A stretch of DNA of 41,393 nucleotides from Chiloscyllium plagiosum (lineage: Eukaryota), in assembly GCF_004010195.1 (NCBI RefSeq), contig NC_057719.1, forward strand, positions 19,100,198 to 19,141,590. The letters are read 5' to 3'. Positions 11,316-23,169 of the stretch are shown here, in pieces; within the stretch, counting starts at the first letter, position 1, and every line of letters starts with the position of its first letter. Both the position numbers and the translations under genes were made by a program. Below the pieces are notes generated by a model that saw nothing but the letters and a program-made list of their open reading frames with translations, had not been told where the DNA came from and ran no database searches.

Positions 11316-12444
11316 TTCCTTCAAAAGTCTGAAGAGATGGCCAGGTTTGCTTCACTGAACGTAAATGGTTGTCCAAAAGCTTGCTCCCAAGTGTTTCAAC
11401 CTGAAGATTCAAGAGGTGCAAGGTAAAACAAGATTACTTTGATTTCAATTGGTTTTAAAAATGGCAAGCTTAGCGATGAGAGAATGGATGCTTTGTGGCC
11501 TTGTTAGTTATCGGACAGCTGAGTTAAGCACCATCAATGTTGTGCATATTGCTCTTAACGTACAAGGTTAGTTACAACAAAGGTTAATTGTTTAAACAAA
11601 ATATTTCTTCCCTTGTGGATGCCTACCTTCCCAATCCAAGCGGATTATAATATTTTAAAATGTGCCCATTTAAACAGGATTTCCTGAATTAATGAAATGA
11701 GCAAGTTTAGTAAGTATTAAATGTGAGAAGAAATAGTAACACAATGCACTTATATACGAAGTAAAAGTTCAGCAAAATAAAAGTCCCTTATTTAAAATAG
11801 GTCTCTAAATTGTTTGCAAAGAGTGGATGAGTTGAACGTTATGACTATGGCAATGGATGATAGGCAGCAGGCTGATGTTGATAGTTGAACAGTCAATGTC
11901 GAAATTCTTCGCTTGGTAGGTTGATTGAAACTCTTTTGTCCTGATTGCCGTTGACTGTGAATGTTGGTTTCTAACACTGAGAGAAAGAGAGTTATGATCC
12001 ATAGTCATGACCAGCTTATAATGAATAATAGCTGCATTGACATTTCAGCCACACAGCCACTCCAAGAGTTTACACATGTCAATTGGCCGACCAATTCTCA
12101 GCTTGGACTTCCAGTTTCAGAGATCATTACCATGCGCAAACCTCAGAGATCTGGGCAAAATGTAAAAATAAGAGGGAGCATAGACCATGAATGGTTATGA
12201 AGTTAAGGAGGCTGGTTTTTCAACAGCTTGACCGATGTGTCAGATCATAGCAGCAAAGGAATGTCCTCCCATGTTTAATTAACCAATAATTTCCTAGCAT
12301 TTATGTTTACTTGTAAACATCAATCTGTTACCTACTTCCAGACAAAAGTTTAAGCGTGTAATTAATCAGAAGGAAGAATAACACTTCAAAAAAGCTTGAA
12401 AAATCCCAAGTAATTTAAAGCTAATGAACTACTTTAGAAATGTA

Positions 12445-13195
12445 GTGTGGAATTTAATGCCCTCTATTGTGGTGGGTGTCTTGGTGGAGGTTATTTTAAT
12501 CAGATGTGAGAATGGTAGGGGTTGGAAGAGTGCTGCTTCTCCCCTCTACTTTGATTAAGTTAGTGGTAGGAGGCACTTAATCCTTACTGAAGGCTTTCCT
12601 CCTGCCAGCACCCTGCAGTGAGCAGGGAAGCCTTCCTGCAGTGAGCACAACAAACAAATTGGTGTAAGTTTTCTCCCTGAGGTGGAAAGAGGAAGCTCCT
12701 TCAGCCAGATTGACGGACCTTGGATTGGGAGAATCAGGAGTGAGCCACCTATTCATCCACACACCCATCCCTCCGTCCACCCATTCATTCCTAACCACCA
12801 GCTCCTCTCCCTCTTCCTCCATATCTTCATTCAGAGAATCTCTCCTGCCATCGCACCCTTGTGCTCTTGCCCATATTCAAGTTGAGCCTTCAGGTAGGTG
12901 CAGTACCAACAGCAAACACCACCTCCCTGGGTGTCACTTCTGAGCAAAGAAGAGCTGCCTATCTCTGATATGTGGGCAGTTTGTGGCATGCACGACTTCA
13001 ACCCAACTTGATCCAGGTGGAGGCCTGCTATTGGCCTGTTAAGTCCCTGAGTGACACAAGATGCAGCAGAACATTGCAAAGCTCTCGCCAGCCCTCCAGC
13101 CATGGCCAAGACCTGCATTCTCACCATTAGATATTACAGGTCAGCCACAGCTGCGACACCGGGAAAACAGACTTATGCATGGCAAGATTCCTTAA
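12445..13195. mobile_element. Possible non-autonomous DNA transposon remnant (Harbinger-like)
   Basis: GC-richer block bounded by GTGGAATTTAATGCC and GGCAAGATTCC (weak inverted termini). No coding motif recognised. Confidence 0.25.
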
Positions 13196-13379
13196 TCAAC
13201 GATGCCCAGATTATTTCTTTCAAAGTATTTCTTTGATAGATGATCGCTCGCCAAGGCATTGGAAAAGGTCACCTGTGCTTCTTCAACCTGTGCCAAACAC
13301 GACCTTTTGTAACTGCTTGAGAGTGTATGAGGAACCTCAGCTTAACCTCTCATTCAAATGCCAACACTTCCCACATTGC

Positions 13380-13480
13380 CATTTCAGCACAGCTCTGGAG
13401 TGTCAGGCTTCATCGGGTGCTCTCAAGTTTCTGAATTGGAGCTTTAACATCGAACTCAAAGGTAAGAGCTCACCTGATTC
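13380..13480 (-). mobile_element. Old tRNA-derived SINE head fragment
   Basis: CTGGAGTGTCAGGCT...GTGCTCTCAAGTTTCTG...ACTCAAAGGTAAGAG resembles the reverse complement of a DeuSINE-type head. Highly degraded. Confidence 0.4.
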
Positions 13481-13524
13481 CAACTGTGAGTTATCTAATG
13501 GACTGCATTGTTAACTAGTGGAAC

Positions 13525-14200
13525 AGATGGCGCGTCAGTGGTAACTGACTATTCTTCCACAGCCCCAGAATAATATCTGAATCCCACCAATGCACATGGC
13601 GACCCTTGAAATAATTAAACATCTGGAATTAGCTGAACAGTGATCACATAACTATTACTGATTGTGATGAAAACCTATCTGGTTCATGAGTGTAGGGAAC
13701 AAAATTTAGTAAAAGACATCCACCACCCTGTCTGGATTAGCTTAGCTATGACTCCAGACCCACAACAATGTAATTGATTTGTAAGGGCGGCACGGTGGCA
13801 CAGTGGTTAGCACTGCTGCCTCACAGCGCCAGAGACCTGGGTTCAATTCCCGCCTCAGGCGACTGACTGTGTGGAGTTTGCACGTTCTCCCCGTGTCTGC
13901 GTGGGTTTCCTCCGGGTGCTCCGGTTTCCTCCCCCAGTCCAAAGATGTGTAGGTCAGGTGAATTGGACATGCTAAATTGCCTGTAGTGTTCGGTAAGGGG
14001 TAAATGTAGGGGTATGGGTGGGTTGCGCTTCGGCGGGGCGGTGTGGACTTGTTGGGCCGAAGGGCCTGTTTCCACACTGTAAGTAATCTAATCTAATCTA
14101 AAAACTGTCCTCTGAAATGACCTAACAAGCCATTCAGTTCTCGGGCAATTAAGAATGGGCAATAAATACTGGTCTAGGCAGAGATTCTTACATCTCAAAT
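13525..14200 (+). mobile_element. Old tRNA-headed SINE, interrupted by HE1 at 13785-14100
   Basis: TGGCGCG..AGTGGTAA head, GAATCCCACCA, ATCTGGAATT, ATCTGGTTCA, GACTCCAGACCCACAACAATGT | CTGTCCTCTGAAATGACCTAACAAGCCATTCAGTT-CTCGGGCAATTAAGAATGGGCAATAAAT. The two halves match the two ends of the LINE at 22942-26921. Confidence 0.8.
13785..14100 (+). mobile_element. HE1-type SINE, full length and CpG-rich (young)
   Basis: Intact A/B boxes, V-domain, CR1-type tail and (TAATC)3. Confidence 0.95.
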
Positions 14201-14599
14201 TCAAAGTTTGATCCATCTTAGAGGCTTGGTCTGAAAAGACACACTATCTACTGTCAGATTTAAATATTTATATAAAATTGTAATCATCAATTAAATGGAC
14301 TCTTTTTAATCCTTCAAATTAAAATATGTAGTTTTGTTAGGCATAAATATTAGGGTTTCTCAACACTTATGTATCCATACTTCACAAAAAAAAGCTTGCA
14401 TTCTTAATTAAAAGAGAGAAACAATGCAGTGTGGCATGTAGAGTATCCTCATTATTTTAATGTAGGTACAAAGTAATTCAGCAAAAGGTTATTTGCATCT
14501 CAGTGAAAACTTGTTAGAATCTGTGTAACCATACCAGAAAATATACCTTAATCTTGATTATTAGTTATACATGTATATCTGTACTGTTTGTATCCATAC

Positions 14600-14860
14600 T
14601 CTCTCTGTACTGAGTTCCATGTACCTATCACTCTGCTGTTAAAGAAACTGCTGTTCAGAACTCCCCAGTCAATTTCAGGCAGACCAGCCTATATAGATAA
14701 GCTCTAGTTTTGCTTTTCCTCAAAGAGAAAACATTCTTTTTGTGTCCATCAGAACCTTTTGTGATTTTAAAGACTCTTATTAGGCCAACACTTTGCCTTC
14801 TCTTTTCAAAAGAAAATGGGTGCATTTTGCTTATCCTTTCCTGCTCAGTTTAATCTCATA
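14600..14860 (-). repeat. Old CR1 fragment; block A of a local duplication
   Basis: Colinear with 16030-16275, sharing TTCAGAACTCCCC, TATAGATAAGCTCT, GAAAACATTCT, GATTTTAAAGACT and TATCCTTTCCTGCTCAGTTT. Confidence 0.7.
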
Positions 14861-15731
14861 TTGTAAAATTCATATTGTGTTTAACAACCATAGAATGAGA
14901 CTTAATTTATATATTTCCAGTTGTTGGTTTAATTGTTGATTTTCACCTGAATAAACAAAGCAATTGGATTTATTGAGGTCAGAATACTGAAGGCATTTAA
15001 CAGAAATGTCAATGGAGTTTAGTGTTCTGGATGGGGAAGATCAATTTATCCAAAGGACCTTTCTTGTAGGGAATGATCCTGCATCTTTTTAGCTGGAATT
15101 ATCATATATGAGGGAACCAAAATTAATAGTTTCTTAAATAATGTTGTAAACTTTATCAAAAATAGCATCCCCTCATCCAAAAACTTGTAAAATTAGAAAT
15201 TCTTCCTTTATTACAGAAAGATGCCGGAATCAATGTGAACTTGCTACAGGTTCATTAGATTTTCAAAAATACAATATAGATTTCCTTCATCAGATTTCAC
15301 ACCTGCCTCTGCTTATTTTGCCTGCTTTTTCACTTCTAGTGGAATAAACCCTCATCAGTTGAGATCCATAAGTTGTTTTATGTTTTGGAAGCTGTTAGTC
15401 TGCCACCCAGAGTCAAACTAAAATTGATGGAATTATTTTTTTCTCTGTTTTGAATGTGCTGACAGATTGGAATGAGAACAAAGCATTTCTCAGAACTCCA
15501 CCAGGGGTCTATGACATGTCACTCAATGCTTTCTGCTCCTGTCTTCAAAGCAATCTCATCCAAACTGATCAACATTCGTGTTCTTTAAAATGATTGTTTC
15601 TTTACTGTATTTTAATGGAATCAATTCTATGACAATTGGCTTTGCCGAACGGACACCAAAGGAGGCTATGTGCCTCACACATCCATCTACCCTCTGTGAG
15701 GAATACTCCTGGTCATTTAATGTTTCATTTG

Positions 15732-15895
15732 TCAATTCAATCTTTTGGCAGGGTAAACATAATGTGATTACAGATACTGCAACAAATGTGTACCATTATT
15801 GGAAATATTCTGACAAAATCGGTGTATTAGAATTGCACAAGCAAAGCTAAACGTGTCATTTGACCAGTATTTATCTTTACTCCAGATGGATATTT
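15732..15895 (+). repeat. Direct repeat block B
   Basis: Colinear with 16395-16548 (TCAATTCAATCTTTTGGCAGG, TACCATTATTGGAAATA, TCTTTACTCCAGAT). Confidence 0.85.
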
Positions 15896-15904
15896 AGCTC
15901 TTTA

Positions 15905-16355
15905 CATATCTCATCTCATTCTTCCTCAGCTAACTATCAATGTAAACCACTATTCCTTTCTCCTTCATGTATCTGTCTTGCCTTCCACTAAATATATCTG
16001 TTCTCTTTCTATCCACTATTCTGTCTGTAGTGGGTTCCATGCTTTCATCGCTCTATGAATAAAGATACTTCTCTTCAGAACTCCCCATTAGATTTCTTGC
16101 TGACATCTTGTATAGATAAGCTCTGGTTTTGCTTTTGCTCACAAGTGAAAACATTCTCTTTGTGTCCAGCAAAACCTTTAGAGATTTTAAAGACTTTTAC
16201 TGGGTCATCGCTTTGCCTTATTTTTTCAAAAGGATACAATGTGTTCTATTTATCCTTTCCTGCTCAGTTTATCCTCACAGTTCTGGTATAATTGTGTAAT
16301 TCCTTTTTGCAACCCATATTGTTTCTGTAGTAAGGTAACCAGAACTGCACACAGT
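15905..16355 (-). mobile_element. Old CR1 3' fragment (contains block A')
   Basis: Degraded ORF2 C-terminus ending at ACCAGAACTGCACACAGT (CVQFW on the minus strand). Confidence 0.7.
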
Positions 16356-16394
16356 CAGAATTTTCTTGGATATACTTGCCAGGCAAAATTCTTT

Positions 16395-16548
16395 TCAATT
16401 CAATCTTTTGGCAGGTAAACATTATGTGATTGGAGATACTACAACAAGTTTATACCATTATTGGAAATACTGTTATATTAAAATTACATAAGCAAAACAG
16501 AAATGTCATTTTGACCGGTATTTGTCTTTACTCCAGATAAAATTATTT
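16395..16548 (+). repeat. Direct repeat block B'
   Basis: Second copy of 15732-15895. Confidence 0.85.
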
Positions 16549-16821
16549 GATTCTATATATTCTCCCAGGAGTTATCAAATTTCTTGGAGCACTAGATCTG
16601 CATGCTTATTTAAATTAGAAATGCTTTTTCTAGACCTGCGCCTATACCAACTTTGAGAATTGTCTTACCAGATTTGTAGCAAGTGGTACATCTATCTCAC
16701 TAATGGATATTTTAATCTCTCTGAACTCCATTGGGATGGGTCATAGAGCCACAGAATTGTAGAAAGAGACATCAAACATGACACTGCCTGTACCAGCTCT
16801 TTGAAAGAGCTATCAAAATTC

Positions 16822-17208
16822 TAAAAATCACAGAGCACCAGATTGGAGTCCAACAGGTTTATTTGGAAGCATTAGCTTTCGGAGCGCTGCTCCTTCATCA
16901 GGTACCTGTGGAGTATAAGACCTTAAGGCACAGAATTTATAGCAAAAGTTTACAGTGTGATGTAACTGAAATGATATATTGAAAAAGACCTGTATTGCTT
17001 GTTATCTTTAATAATATCAGCATCATGCTGGAAACTTTTGCTATAAATTCTGTGTTTTACGATCTCATACTCCACAACCACTTGATGAAGGAGCAGTGCT
17101 CCAAAAACTAGTGCTTCCTAAATAAATCTGTTGGATTATAACCCTGTGTTGTGTGATTTTTAACTTTGTACACACCAGTCCAACACCGGCATCTCCAAAT
17201 CATGACTA
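16822..17208. mobile_element. Penelope-like insertion (family A) with ~125-bp inverted arms and two hammerhead copies
   Basis: Arms 16824-16950 and 17034-17161. Hammerhead motifs at 16870-16904 (minus, core intact) and 17079-17113 (plus, core mutated). Imperfect flanking repeat CTATCAAAATTC/CTATGTCAATTC. Confidence 0.8.
16870..16904 (-). ncRNA. Minimal type I hammerhead ribozyme motif
   Basis: UAC-CUGAUGA-A-GGAGC-AGC-GCUCC-GAAA-GCUA-AUG: intact core, perfect 5-bp stem II, AGCU palindrome, CUA triplet. Stem I is damaged. Confidence 0.65.
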
Positions 17209-17750
17209 TGTCAATTCCTTACTCTTTTCCTATAGATTTTCAAATCTTTTTACCTCCAGTTTATATCCAATTCTCTTTCACAATGTAATGTTAAATATGC
17301 TTCTTTTTTAATACCAGATCGTACCAGTCACTGTGATAAAGAATTTCCTTATGTCACCTCTGATTCTTTTGCTAATTACTTTATGGTCTCTGGTTACCAA
17401 TGCTCCTTCTATTTGGAAAGAAAGTGCCTCGTTATTCAGTCTAATAAAATCATTTGATTTTGAACTTCTCAACCAAAATCTGCTTTTCCCAACACTTCCC
17501 ATAGGTGAAATTCCTCATTACTGGTGGAAATTGAGTTAATCCCATCTCACCCTATGTGCTGTTTTCCAACATTTTAAACCCAATAAACAGTGGAAAATAG
17601 TACTCTAAACAGCTCTATTAGTGGCAGTATTACTAATGCATCACCAAACTTAGGCAGCTACAAATTAGGATTGCAAAAATATCAATAAGAGATAACACTG
17701 GAAGATAAGGTGAAGAGCTATTGGGTCACATGTTCCTCCAGCACTTAAAA

Positions 17751-17971
17751 CATAGAAACCCTACAATGTGGAAAAAGGCCATTCAGCCCAGCAAAGAACA
17801 TTCCATCCAATCCCTATGGCAATACATCTAATCTATACATTCTTGGACTGTGGGAGAAAAACCTACACAAACACAAAATGTAAACTCCACACAGTTCCAC
17901 AAGGGTGGAACTGAACCCAGGTCCCTAGCACTGTAAGGCAGCAGTGCTAACCACTGAGCCACCATGTCACC
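17751..17971 (-). mobile_element. Degraded, internally deleted HE1-type SINE
   Basis: GGACTGTGGGAGAAAA, AAACTCCACACAG and GAACCCAGGTCCCTAGCACTGTAAGGCAGCAGTGCTAACCACTGAGCCACC. Confidence 0.85.
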
Positions 17972-20802
17972 TTATACTTAGTTATTGCAACACTATCTTC
18001 TAATAAATAACATCCAGACACATTTCAATATAGACTTCTGAAACTAAGTCTGCTTGGTAGAAGAATATAATTAGCTGAAAGAATCAATTTTTGGAATTTT
18101 TCCTTTTCTCTGTGCCTTGGATCTTGATGAAGTTATGGTAAGATGCTTAATCATTATGAAGCAGCAGCATTGAACAAAGGAATTCTAAATGTTAAAGGCA
18201 ATGCTGTGCTGACATGAGTTGTGCTTCCTTTGTTTCCCGTATAGTGATAGCAAGCCTACGCCTAGGTTGGACTGCATTGCATAAAAAAAGGAGTCAAGCA
18301 TAACTCAGATATCGTGTATAAATATTTGTACTAAATAAATACACCTGTCATTGTTTAGTTAGCTCTGTCAGTTCTCAGTACACCCACTGGATGGAGCACT
18401 TCACAGTGATAAGATGCTCCATCGTTGACTGAGGATGGGAGGACAATGTTGATAAAATAAAGCTAATCGGATTGACTCCTTGACTTTAAAGGTACACTGT
18501 GATCAGAAAGCTCTGTGCAAGGGACATAAATTCATGCCCAAATAAGTCAATTTGGAGCCAACTAAAATGATGGAACCAACAGAGCCCATCATCTCTTTCA
18601 CCAATGCAATATTCCATACAGTTTCATAGATAAGAGACAGCTTTGAAGCAACCTATAACAATTTCTTCAAGACTCTGTTTCTGCCTATATTTTGGGAACC
18701 TCTAAAATTGGTCCTGGTCATATCTTCTTGAGTGTGTAAATTGCTGATATCCTGATGGAGGCAACAAAAATCATATTTTAATTATCTGGAAATATTGAAC
18801 AGTGAAGGACTGAAAGTAGGGAGTTTATCTAAGTAAAAGCAGCTAGGATTTATCACATGATGAATCACATTTCCCTGTGCTAAATTCTGATTCAGTACAC
18901 ACCTTATAATTATCAAGTTATTTTCTTTAGAAATTAAGAAATGAAGAATGCTAAGAATCGTTTTCACATTTTGTCTTATTTGTAAGATACAAAAACAACA
19001 AATTATCCCAAATCAATATAAATGCAAACCAATCTTTCAGTGTAAACTATTTTAATGGATATTCTAGTAATATTTTGTTCTTTTAATCATTCAGGATACT
19101 GATAATTCTTGATTTTGGTTCTTTCCAGCATTCTAAGCCAGATTTTAAAGCATGGGTCAGTTTCTGATTTTGGAATTAAGCTGAGAGATTTAGAATTGTA
19201 GCTCCCCATTTCCTTTCAAGTAATCATATTAAATAGTACACCTTAAAATTGCAGATTAATTGATAATCTCAGCAAAAGAACATTAAAGCATAAATGGGGA
19301 AAGGAAACAGACTTGTTCTTTCATTCAATTCTCATTACTCAGCCTCCCCCTTCTGAATGTCAAACTCTTGCCGTGAAGGCGGAACCTTCCTGAGCTGTAG
19401 AACACGTCGGGAGTGACAGTGACAAATAGTTACCAAATTACAATGACTTCTGGCAAAAATTAAGTTCAAAAAGGACACAAGCAATGATCAGTGAAGGAAA
19501 AGAGAGCTGCTGTTAATTTTCTCTCCTGGTGAAATAACGTTTTCACAGGTGAATGAGCCCAGTGCGGGAGTACTTGACAGAGTTTCATCAGTACTGAAAG
19601 GGAGCTGACATATTGAAAGTGCGGATGGACACAGAAACAAATGAGACAGCAGAACCTTGGTTTGATGATCTCTCAGTGAGCTGCAAAGCTACCTGACACC
19701 AATAGAAGGTGCTATTGCCTCTCTTTATTTCCCACATAGATTGTGGTGGCTGTTGCTTGCACTGTTGATTCCTATTGTAGGCTGTGTCATGCATGATGAT
19801 ACACTATGGCCATTATGTCTGCTGACAGTACTTGAAACAGCCTTGAACAATTTCAAGATATCAATTTGCAACCTAACGTAAACGTTTCCAAAGCCGTTAC
19901 TTGCATAATCACATCTTGAGAAATTGCAAGTTTTAATATTGCATATTTCCTTCCAAAATGTTTGTTTTAGAAGTATAATGATTTTATTTTGGATGGCTAC
20001 ATGAAATTCTACACTACTAGCAATGGAAAAGTGCTCTTTACTTGTAAACTCTGTGATATTTTCCAAGATGATCGCTGTTGATCTTATAAGGCATAGTAGA
20101 TCCCACCATTGACTTCATCTTTCGAAGGTACTGCTACCATCTGGGATGTCTTGGGTGGATTCATCCACTAATCCTTATTGTTGGCATAGTCTACGATCCT
20201 GATACCACTTTGAGAAGGATGCAAATACAGTACCACCTTTGGTGGTAGAATATTCAAACATGATGGCAAGTAAAAAGGTTTATTACATATTATTTAAGAC
20301 CTGGTTATTTTAATCCAAAAATACGTGATATTTTCTTATGAGACATCAGGCTCAACTCAGCATATTTACAGGTTACTGCTTTAGCTGTATGCTATTAAAA
20401 CTCAGAATAATTACTGAAGCATTGCTAGAATACATGGAAAAACATCATAGCTACTCCCAGGAATACTTCTTTATATCCTGAAGAGCAGACCTGACCTCCT
20501 GACCTCCTGATTTCAGTTAATCTGTTCAAGCTTTGACTGTCTTATACAACATCTTCCCCCAAAGTTTTGATCTGGTTATTGAATTCTTTACACATCTACT
20601 TCAAACAGCTAAAGTAGGATGATCACTGTCCTATCTTCTTCTGAGTCTCTGTCTGTGTCAATTCATTTGATCCAGACCCTTGACTATTCATCCTGATGGA
20701 TTATGTTTTGGATTGGGATAACCTGTATTGCTCTGTTTTCACGACAGCTGATCTTGCTGTTGTTTCCCTGCTGAATTGCTGATACGGCATTATTCATTAG
20801 AT

Positions 20803-21984
20803 TCATAGAACATTACAGCACAGTACAGGCCCTTCTCCCTTTGATGTTGTGCTGACTTGTGGAACCAATTTGAAGCCTATCTATCTTCCACTATTCCATT
20901 TTCATCTATTTGTTTATCCAATGACCATTTAAATGCTCTTAAAGTTGGTGAGTCTACTACTGTTGCAGGCAGTGTGTTCCACGCCACTCCTACTCTCTGA
21001 GTAAAGAAAATACCTCTGACATCTGCCTATATCTATCACGCCTCAATTTAAAGCTATAGCCCCTTGTGCTAGCCATCACCATCTGAGGAAAAAGGCTCTC
21101 ACTGTCTACCCAATCTAACCCTCTGAATTGAGACTTAATATGTCTCAATTAAGTCACCTTTCCACCTTCTTCTCTCTAACGAAAACAGCTTCAAATCCCT
21201 CAGCCTTTCCTCATAAGACCTGCCCTCCAGACCGGGCAACATCCCAGTAAATTTTCTCTGTACCCTTTCCAAAACTTCTACATCCTTCCTATATTGCAGA
21301 GACCAGAACTGTACGCAAGCATGGCCACACGAGAGTTTTGTACAGCTGCAGCATGACTTCGTGGCTCCAACACTCAATCCCTCTACCAATAAAAGCTAAC
21401 ACACTGTACACCTTCTTAACAATCCTGTCAACCTGAGTGGCAACTTCCAGGGATCAATGTACATGGACACCGTGATCTCTCTGCTCATCTACACTACCAA
21501 TAATCTTATCATTAGCCCAGTACTCTGCATTCCTGTTACTCCTGCCAAAGTGAATCACCTCACAATTTTCTGCATTAACGTCCATTTACCACCTCTCAGC
21601 CCAGCTCTGCAGCTTATCTATGTTCCTCTGTAACAACATTCTTCATCACTATCCACAACTCAAACAACCTTAGTGTCATCTGAAAATTTACTAACCCATC
21701 CCTCTATGCCCTCATCCAGGTCATTTATAAAAATGACAAACAGCAGTAGATCCAAAACAGATCCTTGTGGTACACCACTAGTAACTGAACTCCAGGATAG
21801 ACATTTCCCATCAACCACAACCCTGAGTCTTCTTTTAGCTAGCCAATTTCTGATCCAAATCACTAAATCACCCTCAATCCTATGCCTCTGCAATAGCCTA
21901 CCATGGGGAACCTTATCATACGCCTGATGGAAATCCATATACACCATATTAACTGCTTTACCTGCAATCACCTGTTTGGTCACC
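20803..21984 (-). mobile_element. CR1 LINE, 3' ~1.2 kb (RT to tail)
   Basis: [42 protein letters not shown]...[14 protein letters not shown]...LERVQRKFTGMLPGLEGRSYEERL. Confidence 0.95.
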
Positions 21985-22039
21985 ATTGCAATAGGCATTG
22001 GTTCATCCCATTGCAGTAGGCATAGGTTACGGTCCTTTG

Positions 22040-22831
22040 GTGACACAAGATGTCTGCAATTCTAGTGCATCTTTCCCTAACAGTCAGCAATTGGAAAAGT
22101 CATCGGCAAGGTCCTCCTCAACTATCTCCTCTCTTTAGCTGAGGAAGTCCTTCGAGAGTCGCAGTGTGGCTTTTAGCCTTGGATGGGCAAAACACACATG
22201 ATTTTCACCATGCGACAGCAGCAGGAGAAGTGCAGAGAAAAGATGGCCTTCTTTGACCTTACAAAGGCCTTTGACCCAGTCAATCAGCAAGCATTATGGA
22301 GCGTTCTTCTCTGCTTTGGCTGCACCGTGAAGTTTGTCACCATCCTTTACCTGCTCCACAACAACATGGAAGTTGTGGTAATGACAAATGGCTCCACCAC
22401 TGACCCATTCAGATTGGTATCAAGCAGGGCTGCATCATCACCCCAACACTGTTCTCAATCTGCCTTGCTGCAATGCTTCACCTCACTGGCAACAAGCTCG
22501 TTGCTGGAATGGAGCTATCTAAAGAACCTGTGGGAAATTATTCGACCTCCACTGCCTCCAAACCAAAACCTAAGTCACCCCCAGCAGTGTTACTGAGCTG
22601 CCGATGATGCTTGTCCCTGTGCACTCTCAGGGGACATACTCCAGACCAGTTGCAAATAGCGAAAGGAGTGCGCTGCTACACCAACACTCCCATCCTCACC
22701 TTCCCACAACCACCTTCTGTTCCAAGTGTAACAGGGCCTGCGGTAGCCATTTGGGTGCCACCTCAGGACTCACCCTGAGAAGGGAAGAGAGTCATTCTCA
22801 TCTGTCAGGACCGCCAATGGTTATGATGATG
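22040..22831 (+). mobile_element. RTE-clade LINE fragment, internally deleted
   Basis: GKVIGKVLLNYLLSLAEEVLRESQCGF*...MIFTMRQQQEKCRE...FFDLTKAFD, GIKQGC, C-terminal CSKCNRACGSHLG finger, (TGA)n tail. Confidence 0.9.
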
Positions 22832-23169
22832 CATTTTTCCTTCTGTATATTAATGATGTACAATGTCAATGATTGTCTGACTGGACTATTCCTGTTAAGA
22901 TCCTGAATCCATACTGTCTCACCTTGTTCCAGAGGTGGTGGTTTTTTAAAAATTCACTCATGCGAAGTGGGCATCACTGACTGGGCCGACATTTATTGCC
23001 CATCCCTATTTGCCCTTGAGAAGTTGATAATGAACTGCCTCTTGAACCATTGCAATCCATGTGCTGTATGTTGACGCACATAGCCATTAGGGAGAAAATT
23101 CTAAGATTTTGATCTGTTACTGAAGATCAGAGGTAAAGGAAGTGGACAATTGTGGATAATATGCCACTC

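Larger units (their letters stand above)
16742..17500 (-). mobile_element. Old CR1 3' fragment, interrupted by a Penelope-like insertion
   Basis: CATAGAGCCACAGAA tail, plus KRIRGDIRKFFIT remnant (ORF 17308-17502). Confidence 0.65.

Noticed and set aside
11337..11425. MARFASLNVNGCPK, resembling an L1/Tx1 endonuclease N-terminus or a first exon
   Set aside because: Only about 9 residues match and no further endonuclease motifs follow at the right spacing.
13785..13860. tRNA gene calls at SINE heads
   Set aside because: The A/B boxes continue into V-domain and LINE-type tails, so these are SINEs, not tRNA genes.
15616..15698. SH3-like peptide WLCRTDTKGGYVPHTSIYPL*
   Set aside because: There is an in-frame stop just upstream, no AG acceptor and no other SH3 motifs, so this is likely coincidence.
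18390..18423. Hairpin GATGGAGCA...TGCTCCATC with a CAGTGA loop resembling an iron-responsive element
   Set aside because: The upper stem has two mismatches and there is no C bulge five pairs below the loop. A single 9-bp stem can arise by chance in 41 kb.
19725..20066. 113-aa minus-strand ORF
   Set aside because: It has a non-ATG start, no recognisable domain, and a length compatible with chance.
20232..20248. Small hairpin TACCACC-TTT-GGTGGTA
   Set aside because: A 7-bp stem is expected by chance and has no supporting context.
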